Of a stretch of DNA of 20,398 bases, positions 10,280-18,500 are shown piece after piece (the first letter of the stretch is position 1; each line of letters starts with the position of its first letter). The position numbers were made by a program, and so were the translations under genes. Location: positions 1-20,398 of the forward strand of contig CAXBMO010000046.1 of NCBI GenBank assembly GCA_963977015.1, read 5' to 3'. Source of the stretch: an uncultured bacterium. Lineage in GTDB: Bacteria > Verrucomicrobiota > Verrucomicrobiia > Verrucomicrobiales > DEV007. The notes under the pieces were generated by a model, which worked only from the letters and a program-made list of their open reading frames with translations, was not told where the DNA came from and searched no databases.

Positions 10280-10315
10280 GATCACGTCGAGTTTGCTGAT
10301 CGAGTCAGCGTTTCT

Positions 10316-10519
10316 TTAGCGATTGAAGGTTCCGGTTTCGCCGCGGAAGGTGACTTCCACATCCTTTTTTTGATGAGGCTTGGTGTTGGTTTCGCCGGCC
10401 GCGCCGCGATATTGGACGAGTTGGCTGCCTTGTTGCTGTTGCATCTGCTCGGAGCGTCCATTTTTGAGTTCGGACAGTTCGGCTGAGGCTCCGCGGTAGG
10501 TGATCGTTGAATTTTTCAT
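10316..10519 (-). CDS. YRG-motif mini-protein, copy A (67 aa)
   Basis: ATG..TAA frame conserved in 4 copies; many differences between copies are synonymous in this frame; motifs ITYRG, VQYRG, VTFRG. Confidence 0.8.
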   Translation of the reverse strand: MKNSTITYRGASAELSELKNGRSEQMQQQQGSQLVQYRGAAGETNTKPHQKKDVEVTFRGETGTFNR

Positions 10520-10576
10520 TGTCGTATTTTGGTTGGAATGAGATTGAATTGGTTGGTTGAGCGAATCAGTTTTTCC

Positions 10577-10786
10577 TTAGCGATTGAAGGTTCCGGTTTC
10601 GCCCCGGAAAGTGATTTCCACATCCTTTTTCTGATGAGCCTTGGTGTTGGTTTCACCGGTTGCGCCACGGTATTGGACGAGTTGACTGCCTTGTTGCTGT
10701 TGCATCTGCATCTGCTCGGAGCGTCCATTTTTGAGTTCGGACAGTTCGGCTGAGGCTCCGCGGTAGGTGATCGTTGAATTTTTCAT
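10577..10786 (-). CDS. YRG-motif mini-protein, copy B (69 aa; in-frame QM duplication)
   Basis: ATG at 10786 is equivalent to the start in the other copies; 6-nt in-frame duplication (EQMQMQ); the longer start at 10879 in the ORF track lies inside the candidate promoter. Confidence 0.8.
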   Translation of the reverse strand: MKNSTITYRGASAELSELKNGRSEQMQMQQQQGSQLVQYRGATGETNTKAHQKKDVEITFRGETGTFNR

Positions 10787-10872
10787 TGTCGTAATTGGTT
10801 TGGATTGAATTGAATTGGTTGGTTTCAGCTTTCGCTGAGGGAAACCTGTTTGTTTCGTTGAAAGAGTATTAA

Positions 10873-10888
10873 GCGCCAATCATGCCAA
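10873..10888 (-). promoter_or_regulatory. Candidate sigma-54 (-24/-12) promoter of the YRG gene pair
   Basis: Minus strand TTGGCATGATTGGCGC: GG (10886-10885), exactly 10 nt, GC (10874-10873); TGGCATG resembles the TGGCACG consensus, but the TT before GC is absent. Confidence 0.5.
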
Positions 10889-11004
10889 CTTTTTCTCACC
10901 CGGCATTAACTTACTCATTACCAGGGATTTATGGAGTTTAAAAAATTACGCTTCGGTATTTCCCGAAATTTCAGCCCCCTTTCTGATCACCGCTCTTCCA
11001 CCCG

Positions 11005-11043
11005 GTGGTAACTCATTTACCACAGACCTGAACCCGAGTTACC
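11005..11043. promoter_or_regulatory. Inverted repeats, possible activator (bEBP) binding sites
   Basis: GTGGTAA-CTCAT-TTACCAC (11005-11023) and GGTAACTC (11007-11014) / GAGTTACC (11036-11043). Confidence 0.4.
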
Positions 11044-11206
11044 TTCTGAGACCTGGAATGCATTGCGAAACGAAAAGGCGTAGGTCTTCCTCAAAAATTA
11101 TTGGGAACAAAAATGTAACGCCCGCGCACTCCAAAGCCAATTCCATGATTGCAGTATCCTTAATCGTTCAAGTTTTAATGGATATTTTCAGTTGAAATAA
11201 GCGAAC

Positions 11207-11227
11207 ACTCGATTACATGTATCGAGT
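11207..11227. promoter_or_regulatory. Palindromic operator-like site upstream of the RM operon
   Basis: ACTCGAT-TACATGT-ATCGAGT, just downstream of a TTGAAA -35-like hexamer at 11192-11197. Confidence 0.45.
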
Positions 11228-11401
11228 ATCGCCAGTACTGGAGAAAGCCACACGACCAAAAAGTTGGGGCTTTCGGCAGTAACCGATCACCCCAAACATC
11301 TATCCAGCCGAAGCCGGAGTCAGACGTCGCAACTCATGATGATGGCAAGTGGCTGGATTTTCAAATCCTAAAACTAATTAACCAACCCTGATTATTACAT
11401 C

Positions 11402-12121
11402 ATGAGTACAAGTATTGCTATTCAGCAAACTCCATCCGCTCAGGTGCGCCAAGCACCCAGAATGAGCATCAATTCTCTCGCGAAGTATTGGGACACCAGC
11501 AGTCCACTTAAACGTCTGACCATTCTTCGGGGGCAAAAGTTCCCGAAGGATTACATCGTGTCGTGGTACAAAGACTCAATGGACCCGATTTCGGACTTTT
11601 TGACGGATCCAAACCATGACACTTCCATTATCACAGGTGCAATTTCCGTAATTCGGGCGAAGCCCGCTTTGAACGACCATCAGGAATCGGTCAAAGACGT
11701 TAATGTCCAAGCCCTGAGGCTGTTCCTTAGCGGAATTCAAAATTTCCCTCTCGGAGATTATGATTTTCAGCGGAAGGACAACCAGGCTCCCCACTCCACC
11801 ATCAATGGCCTGTCGATTAGCGTTCGACCGGAGTTTGAGTTGATCTACCGCGGAACCGGGAATCGTCTTGGCGCTCTGAAATTGTACTTCAGCAAATCGG
11901 ATCCCCTGTCCGTGGATGCTGGGGCCATGGTTGCAATGGTCGTTAAGCAGCACACAGAACGCCACAATGCCACCCAAGAACGGGTAAATCATCGACATTG
12001 CTTCGTGATTGACGTATTCGCGAACAACATCCATGTGGGGCCGCAGGCGACCGCCCAGCGTCGAAATAGCCTCACCGCTGCATGCGACGAAATTGTTGCC
12101 CGTTGGCCCAGCATCACGTAA
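11402..12121 (+). CDS. Hypothetical protein (239 aa), possibly a degenerate PD-(D/E)xK-like fold
   Basis: Long ORF with ATG after an A/C-rich leader, 16 nt upstream of the next gene; beta-strand pattern ISVRPE...GALKLYFSK...CFVIDV; fold call is inference. Confidence 0.8.
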   Translation: MSTSIAIQQTPSAQVRQAPRMSINSLAKYWDTSSPLKRLTILRGQKFPKDYIVSWYKDSMDPISDFLTDPNHDTSIITGAISVIRAKPALNDHQESVKDVNVQALRLFLSGIQNFPLGDYDFQRKDNQAPHSTINGLSISVRPEFELIYRGTGNRLGALKLYFSKSDPLSVDAGAMVAMVVKQHTERHNATQERVNHRHCFVIDVFANNIHVGPQATAQRRNSLTAACDEIVARWPSIT

Positions 12122-12137
12122 TCCTCACACGCCAAAA

Positions 12138-12713
12138 ATGCAAACCACGCCACTCTCCCAGCTCCTGGAATCGATTCGTGCCGGACACCAGTTCCGGTCC
12201 CGGATCGATCCGGAGCCGGAGGGTGAGTATCGAATCGTGCAAGGCAAGGACATCAACCGCAGCCGGAAAATCGTGGTGGACGAATTGACCCGCGTTGAGC
12301 AGCGCCACATCAAAGACCCTGAACGGAACTGCCTCCGGCCTGGCGAAGTGCTTTTCATGGCGCGGGGAACACGTTTAATGGCCACGGTCGTGGACGAAAC
12401 GATTCCTCCTCAAACTGTGGCGGTTTCCAGTTTTCATGTTTTGGTCCCTAACACTGACCTCCTTTTGCCTGAGTATTTGGTCTGGGCAATCAATGACGAA
12501 ACTGCCCAATCGTGGCTCGTAAGCAATATCAGCGGAACCACCATTCCCATGATCACTCAGAAAACGCTCCTTTCGCTCCCCCTTCCGACTCCTTCCATCC
12601 AATCGCAGCATCGTTTTGTTCAACTGCTTCGCCTTGCGGAGAAGGAACGTGAATTGGCCGAGCAACTTTACAAGACACGCCAACAAATGCTGAGAGGCAT
12701 CCTCCAATCTTAA
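12138..12713 (+). CDS. Half-size type I RM specificity-subunit-like protein (single TRD, about 191 aa)
   Basis: ATG 12138 (MQTTPLSQL); Methylase_S-like pattern IVQGKDI, LRPGEVLFMARG, LLPEYLVWAIN, SGTTIPMI, LPLPTPSIQSQ-coiled coil; directly upstream of hsdM. Confidence 0.8.
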   Translation: MQTTPLSQLLESIRAGHQFRSRIDPEPEGEYRIVQGKDINRSRKIVVDELTRVEQRHIKDPERNCLRPGEVLFMARGTRLMATVVDETIPPQTVAVSSFHVLVPNTDLLLPEYLVWAINDETAQSWLVSNISGTTIPMITQKTLLSLPLPTPSIQSQHRFVQLLRLAEKERELAEQLYKTRQQMLRGILQS

Positions 12714-12731
12714 TCGAAATTTCCCTTCAAC

Positions 12732-14318
12732 ATGAGCAAAGCCAAATCCGCTCCCACTAAACGCGGTAAGTCTGCGCGAAAGACTACCAAGCGCAAAAAT
12801 GCGGGCGCAAAAACTACCGCGCCAACCACCCAAGACCGAAAGGACGAAATCAATCGCGTCGCTTGGGCCGCTTGCGACACGTTTCGCGGCGTGATGGACT
12901 CGTCCACCTACAAAGACTACGTCCTAACGACATTGTTTATCAAATATCTGAGCGATGTGCGTCGCCAGAAAATTGAAGAGCTAACCGAACAGTTTGGCGA
13001 TGACAAAGCAATGATTCAACGCCGCCTCAGTCGTGAACGTTTTCTCATTCCGGCGAAGGCCGATTTTTACCACCTCTTCGAACACCGCAACGCCGAGAAC
13101 ATTGGCGCACTCATCAATGGCGCCCTTGACGAAATTGAGGACGAGAATAAAGCAAAGCTCGAAGGCGTTTTCCGGAAAATCGACTTCAACTCCGAAGTTC
13201 ACTTTGGCGAAACGCGCGACCGGAACCGCCGCCTAAAACACTTGCTTGAGGATTTCTATCCGCTCGATCTACGGCCTGCCTCAGTTGGTGATGCCGATAT
13301 TATCGGAGATGTTTACGAATTCTTGATCGCGCGCTTTGCAAGCGACGCCGGCAAGAAAGGCGGCGAGTTCTATACGCCCGGCGAAGTTGCCACTCTCTTG
13401 GCGCGCCTCCTGGATCCAAAACCGGGCGACCGCATCTGTGATCCGGCGTGTGGTTCTGGTTCCCTGCTTATCAAAGTCGCCAAGGAAGTCGGCAGCGAAA
13501 ACTTTTCAGCTTACGGGCAGGAGAACAACAATCAAACTTACGCACTCGCGCGGATGAATCTCTTTCTTCACGGGTTGGATAGTGCGCGAATCGAATGGTG
13601 CGACACGTTGAATTCTCCCAAACTGGTTGATAACAAAGGCCGCCTCATCAAATTCGACGTTCTTGTCGCCAATCCGCCGTTTTCGCTCGACAAATGGGGA
13701 GCGGAACATGCTGCCTCGGACCGGCATGCTCGCTTTCACCGCGGTATTCCGCCCAAGAGCAAGGGCGATTTTGCGTTCATCAGTCACATGGTCGAAACTG
13801 CGGTTGAGGGTTCTGGAAAAGTCGGTGTCATTGTGCCACACGGCGTGCTTTTTCGTGGCGGCTCGGAGGGAAAAATTCGGGAGTCCTTTGTTGAGGAAAA
13901 CTTGATCGAAGCTGTCATCGGCCTGCCGCCAAACCTCTTCTTTGGGACGGGAATTCCCGCCGCAATTCTGCTCTTCAACAAAGGAAAAACCACCAGTGAT
14001 GTACTTTTCATTGATGCTAGCGGAAAGGACTGTTTTGAGCAGGGAACGAACCAGAACCGGCTCCGCGAGGTGGATATCGAGCGAATTGTGACGGCGTTTC
14101 GCGGTTTTTCGGATATCGAGAAGTTTGCGGCACGGATTCCGGTGGAGACGATTCGGGAGAATGAATACAATCTGAACATACCGCGGTATGTCGATACGTT
14201 TGAGGAGGAAGCCCCAGTAGATTTGAACGCAGTGCAGGTGGAGATCGATCGGCTAGAGGGCGAGTTGGTTGAGGTAAGGAGGGAAATGCGAAAATACTTG
14301 GAGGAGCTAGGAGTATGA
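12732..14318 (+). CDS. hsdM: Type I RM methyltransferase subunit M (N6-adenine)
   Basis: WAACDTFRG, GEFYTP, motif I DPACGSGSLL, motif IV NPPF, PHGVLFRG, YNLNIPRYVDTF. Confidence 0.97.
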   Translation: MSKAKSAPTKRGKSARKTTKRKNAGAKTTAPTTQDRKDEINRVAWAACDTFRGVMDSSTYKDYVLTTLFIKYLSDVRRQKIEELTEQFGDDKAMIQRRLSRERFLIPAKADFYHLFEHRNAENIGALINGALDEIEDENKAKLEGVFRKIDFNSEVHFGETRDRNRRLKHLLEDFYPLDLRPASVGDADIIGDVYEFLIARFASDAGKKGGEFYTPGEVATLLARLLDPKPGDRICDPACGSGSLLIKVAKEVGSENFSAYGQENNNQTYALARMNLFLHGLDSARIEWCDTLNSPKLVDNKGRLIKFDVLVANPPFSLDKWGAEHAASDRHARFHRGIPPKSKGDFAFISHMVETAVEGSGKVGVIVPHGVLFRGGSEGKIRESFVEENLIEAVIGLPPNLFFGTGIPAAILLFNKGKTTSDVLFIDASGKDCFEQGTNQNRLREVDIERIVTAFRGFSDIEKFAARIPVETIRENEYNLNIPRYVDTFEEEAPVDLNAVQVEIDRLEGELVEVRREMRKYLEELGV

Positions 14319-15553
14319 ACTGGGAGGAGGTCAAGATTGGCGAGATTGCCACGCTCATAAATGGTCGGGGTTTCAAGCCACATGAGTGGTCTTCAACAGG
14401 ATTGCCCATAATAAGAATTCAGAATCTAAACGGATCTAGTGAATTCAATTTCTACACAGGAGAGTTTGCTGAAAAGATCAGAGTTCGCCAAGGTGATCTA
14501 CTCTTTGCTTGGTCTGGCAGCCGCGGCTCATCGTTTGGCCCACATTTTTGGAAACGTTCCGAAAATGGACTCCTAAATTACCACATTTGGCGGATCGAAT
14601 GTTCGGAACGGGTTGATAAGCTGTTTTTTTTCGCTGTCTTACAACAACTGACATTGCAGATTGAGAGTGATGCTCATGGCGCTGCCGGATTGGTTCATAC
14701 CCAGAAGAATATCGTAGAGAAATGGAAAGTGCGATTGCCATCGATGCCGGTTCAACGCAAAATCGCAGCCATACTCACCACGATTGATCGGAAAATCGAA
14801 ATCCAAGAGAAACTCATTGAGGCGAGAACTGAGCGTCAACGCGGATTGCGGCAACAGTTACTAAGCGGCGCAACTCGCTTTCCAGAATACCGCAATAAGC
14901 CTTGGGTAGAGCGTCGATTGGAGGATGTGGCCCAAAATGAATCGCAGCGGAACGGTAGCCGGTTCGGGACCGACAGGCTCTATGGAGTAACCAAAACGGA
15001 AGGAGTGATACCGATGCGCGAACACGTGAAAGGCGAGAAGTTCGAGCGCTGCAAGTTGGTTGAGCCGAATTGGTTTGCCTACAATCCAATGCGTCTCAAC
15101 ATCGGTTCGATCGCGCGTTGGCAAGGTGAACGTGAGGTGATGGTGAGTGGCGATTACGTTGTGTTTTCCTGCGACGAACGACTGCTTGCGCCTGAATATC
15201 TCGATCATCTTCGCCGGACGCGATTGTGGGAACATTTCGTGAATGCTTCTGGAAATGGGAGTGTGCGAGTTCGGATCTATTTCAAGGATCTTGGGCGAAT
15301 AAGATTTTCGTTACCTCCGATAGAAGAACAACGCCGCATCGCTCAATTACTCGACACCGGCGATCGCGAAATCGTCCTCCTCAAGCGTCAACTGCATGCT
15401 CTGCGGGAGCAAAAACGCGGACTGATGCAAAAGCTACTGACTGGTGAATGGAAAGTCAGCGTGGATGAAGAGGCCGACGTGCCAAAGCCTCGCAAGAAGG
15501 CGAAAAAGAAGGACAAGGCATCTCGGAAACAGACGAGAAGGCGAAAGAAATGA
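14315..15553 (+). CDS. hsdS: Type I RM specificity subunit S (two TRDs)
   Basis: W..V.IGEI start, central LPSMPVQRKIA...GLRQQLL and distal LPPIEEQRRIA...KRGLMQKLLTG conserved regions; ATGA overlaps with hsdM and hsdR. Confidence 0.95.
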   Translation: MNWEEVKIGEIATLINGRGFKPHEWSSTGLPIIRIQNLNGSSEFNFYTGEFAEKIRVRQGDLLFAWSGSRGSSFGPHFWKRSENGLLNYHIWRIECSERVDKLFFFAVLQQLTLQIESDAHGAAGLVHTQKNIVEKWKVRLPSMPVQRKIAAILTTIDRKIEIQEKLIEARTERQRGLRQQLLSGATRFPEYRNKPWVERRLEDVAQNESQRNGSRFGTDRLYGVTKTEGVIPMREHVKGEKFERCKLVEPNWFAYNPMRLNIGSIARWQGEREVMVSGDYVVFSCDERLLAPEYLDHLRRTRLWEHFVNASGNGSVRVRIYFKDLGRIRFSLPPIEEQRRIAQLLDTGDREIVLLKRQLHALREQKRGLMQKLLTGEWKVSVDEEADVPKPRKKAKKKDKASRKQTRRRKK

Positions 15554-18500
15554 CCTCCTACTTCGACAGCGCCGAAAACGGTGAACGCCCCGATTCCGAG
15601 GAACGGCTGATTTCTCAAATTCCGGCGATCGAGCTGCTGATGAAAATGGGGTTCACCTATCTCCGACCGGAGGAGGCGAATGAATTACGCGGAGGCAGAA
15701 CATCGCAGGTCATTCTCACCTCAATTCTGCGGCAGCAACTGGAAAAGCTGAACCGCATTTCCTACCGCGGAAACGAATATCCGTTTGATGATACCGCAAT
15801 CGATGGCGCGATTGCCGCAATCACCAATCTAGCTTACGAAAGCTTGCTGCTTACAAGTGAGCAGATTTATGATTTGCTCTCTCTGGGGAAGAGCTTTCTC
15901 CAAACTGTTGAGGGCGACCGGCGTAGCTTTGATATCGGTTTTATCGACTGGGAGAACCCGGAAAATAACGCATTTCATGTCACGGAGGAATTCATCGTAG
16001 AGCGGAGTGGCTCCAAGGACAAATACAGGCCGGATATCGTGCTTTTCGTCAATGGAATCCCCCTCGCAGTTATTGAGTGCAAGCCTCCTGGCCACGTCGA
16101 AGAAGGAATCGATGATCACCTGCTTAAGCAGCAGGAAGACGGAATCACCAAGCTCTATCAGTATTGTCAGATTCTTGGAGCCATCGACAAAGAATCCGGG
16201 ATGTATGGCACGCTGGGGACGAAGAAGAAGTTTTGGAGTCAGTGGAAGGCCGAGGTCAATCAATCAGCCTTGCGCAAAATCGTCAATGCTCATTTGCCGG
16301 ATGAAGATCGAGTGAGGCTTTTTTGGAGACGTGCAGAATCTGCCCGGGTCGCCGAAGATCCTGCGGAACGGCTCCCAACTGCCCAAGACCGGTTCCTTTT
16401 TGCCCTTTTTCGGCCAGAGGAGCTTCTGAAGTTGACCCGCCTGTTTGTCCTCTATGACGCCGGAGAGAAGAAGATTGCGAGATACCAGCAATACCGCGCG
16501 GTTCGCAATGCTCTGGAGCGAGTGAAAACTCGAACGGACGAAGGCGTGCGTCGAGGTGGAGTGGTTTGGCACACCCAAGGCAGTGGGAAGTCGCTCACGA
16601 TGGTGATGTTAGGTAAATCGATTGCACTCGATCCGGACCTTGCGGGATCTCGCCTGATTCTGGTGACGGATCGCGTGGAGTTGGATAAGCAGATTCGCGA
16701 TACGTTTCGCTACTGTGGCTATGACCCGGTTCTCGCCAAGGATGGTCAGGATCTCCGACAGCTCATCGAAGGCGGCAAACGGACGGTGGTTACCACGGTG
16801 ATCAACAAGTTTGAACGCGCGGTAAAGGGGCGCAAAAACCTGGATGAAGACGAGAACCTCTTTGTGTTGGTCGATGAAGGGCACCGGACGAACTTCGGTT
16901 CCTTTCATGCCCTCATGCGCAAAGCCCTGCCCCGTGCCTGTTACCTGGGTTTTACCGGCACGCCGGTGATGAAGCAGGATCGGAACAATGTGAAGGTCTT
17001 TGGAGATTTCATCGATAAATACACGATTGATGAAGCGGTGGAAGACGAGGCAGTGGTTCGCCTGCTTTACGAAGGTCGCCACATCGAGCAGGAGGTCGAT
17101 CAGAGGACTCTGGACAAGTGGTTTGAACGCCTGATGCGCGATCGTTCAGAGAGAGAGAAAGCCGATTTTAAGCGGAAGTTTGGCAACGCCGATCATGTCA
17201 ATCGATCTGAACAGAGGCTGGAGGCGATTGCCTGGGACATCAGCGAACATTTTGCAAATCGGTTTCAGAGCACAGGAGCCAAGGGGCAACTGGTGGCCCC
17301 ACGAAAGGACGTGGCCCTTCGCTATCATCATATGTTGAACCAGATTGGTATGGTTAGCAGCGAGGTTCTCATTTCAGGGCCAGACAACCGGGAGGATGAG
17401 GAGGATTGTGATGAGGCGGCAGTGCCAACGGTTCGCAAATTTTGGAAGGAAATGATGGATCGCTTCCGAACGGAGGAGCGCTACAACGAAAGTTTGATCA
17501 ACCGGTTCAAAGGGCGCAAAGACCCCGAGATTATTATCGTGGTAAGCAAGCTTCTGACCGGTTTTGACGCGCCTAACAACACCGTTCTTTACATCGACAA
17601 GCCGCTGAAAGGGCACACGCTGCTCCAAGCTATCGCGAGGGTGAATCGACGGCGGGAAGGAAAAGACTTTGGCTACATCATCGACTACTACGGTGTTTTG
17701 GGGGATTTGAACCGAGCGCTATCCAGCTACGAAGCTTTGGCGGAGTTTGAGGAGGACGATTTGGCCCGCGCCCTGACCCCGATTGAAGAGGAGACGCAGA
17801 ATCTTCCCCAGGCCCACGCCGATCTTTGGGCAGTCTTCGCGGAAGTGAAGAACCGGAAGGACGACGAGCAATTTGCGCAGTGCCTTCAGTTTCAGGATCG
17901 GCGCGATTTGTTCTACGAGCGGCTGAATCGATTCTCCCGGTTGTTTGAAATGGCCATGTCGTCGATGAAGTTTCTCGAAAAGACACCGGAGGCGACCGTG
18001 CAGCGTTACCGTGAGGATCTGCGCTACTTCCAGAAGCTCAGGACGAGGATTCGCAAGCGTTACGCAGAAGAAGTTGACTACCAGGAATACGAAAAGCGAA
18101 TTCAGAAGCTCATCGATCGCTATGTCGGAGCAGGAGAAGTTACCCAGGTAACTGAGTTGGTGGATATCTTCGACAAAGAAAAATTCGATGCCGAGGTCGA
18201 ACAGTTAGAAGGCAAAGCTTCGCGTGCTGACACCATTGCCCACCGCACAGAGCGAACTATTCGTGAAAAGTGGGACGAAGACCCTGTCTTCTACGACCGC
18301 TTCTCAAAGATCCTCAAGAAAGTGATCGCCGACTTCAGGGCGCAGCGTATCACCGATGCTGAATACCTTGAGAAAGTCACCGACGTGCTGCATACGGTTC
18401 GAAATCGAGGTGAAGACGAAACGCCCGAGCCCTTGAAACATCGTGAGGAAGCTCGCGCGTTTTACGGGCACGCGTTGGATACGCTCGAATCCGCCGGGAA

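Larger units (their letters stand above)
10245..10793. repeat. Left copy of a ~550-bp imperfect direct repeat (terminator plus two tandem YRG mini-genes)
   Basis: Sequence from ACGAAAAAAGGCGATCTG (10245) matches 19851 onward to the window end; 261-bp stop-to-stop period inside both copies. Confidence 0.95.

Noticed and set aside
10516-10753. Alternative-frame and antisense ORFs over the YRG genes (10516-10728, 10529-10753, 20127-20333, 20140-20358)
   Set aside because: Shadow frames: substitutions between copies are non-synonymous in them, and only the MKNST frame is consistently conserved in all four units.
10245-10793. CRISPR array or non-coding repeat array interpretation of the tandem repeats
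   Set aside because: Units are about 261 bp, lack unique spacers and vary in a codon-aware, frame-preserving way; no cas genes.
11355-11370. TTCAAATCC resembling the tRNA T-loop, as a possible attR remnant
   Set aside because: Only 9 nt match and the flanking T-stem and acceptor sequence are absent; too short to call an att site.
12009-12137. Upstream start of the half-hsdS ORF overlapping the 239-aa gene
   Set aside because: 113-nt overlap and non-family sequence; ATG 12138 just after the upstream stop is more plausible.
12138-15553. Phase-variable or shufflon-type hsdS switching
   Set aside because: No recombinase, no inverted silent hsdS copies, no shared long repeats and no simple-sequence tract seen.
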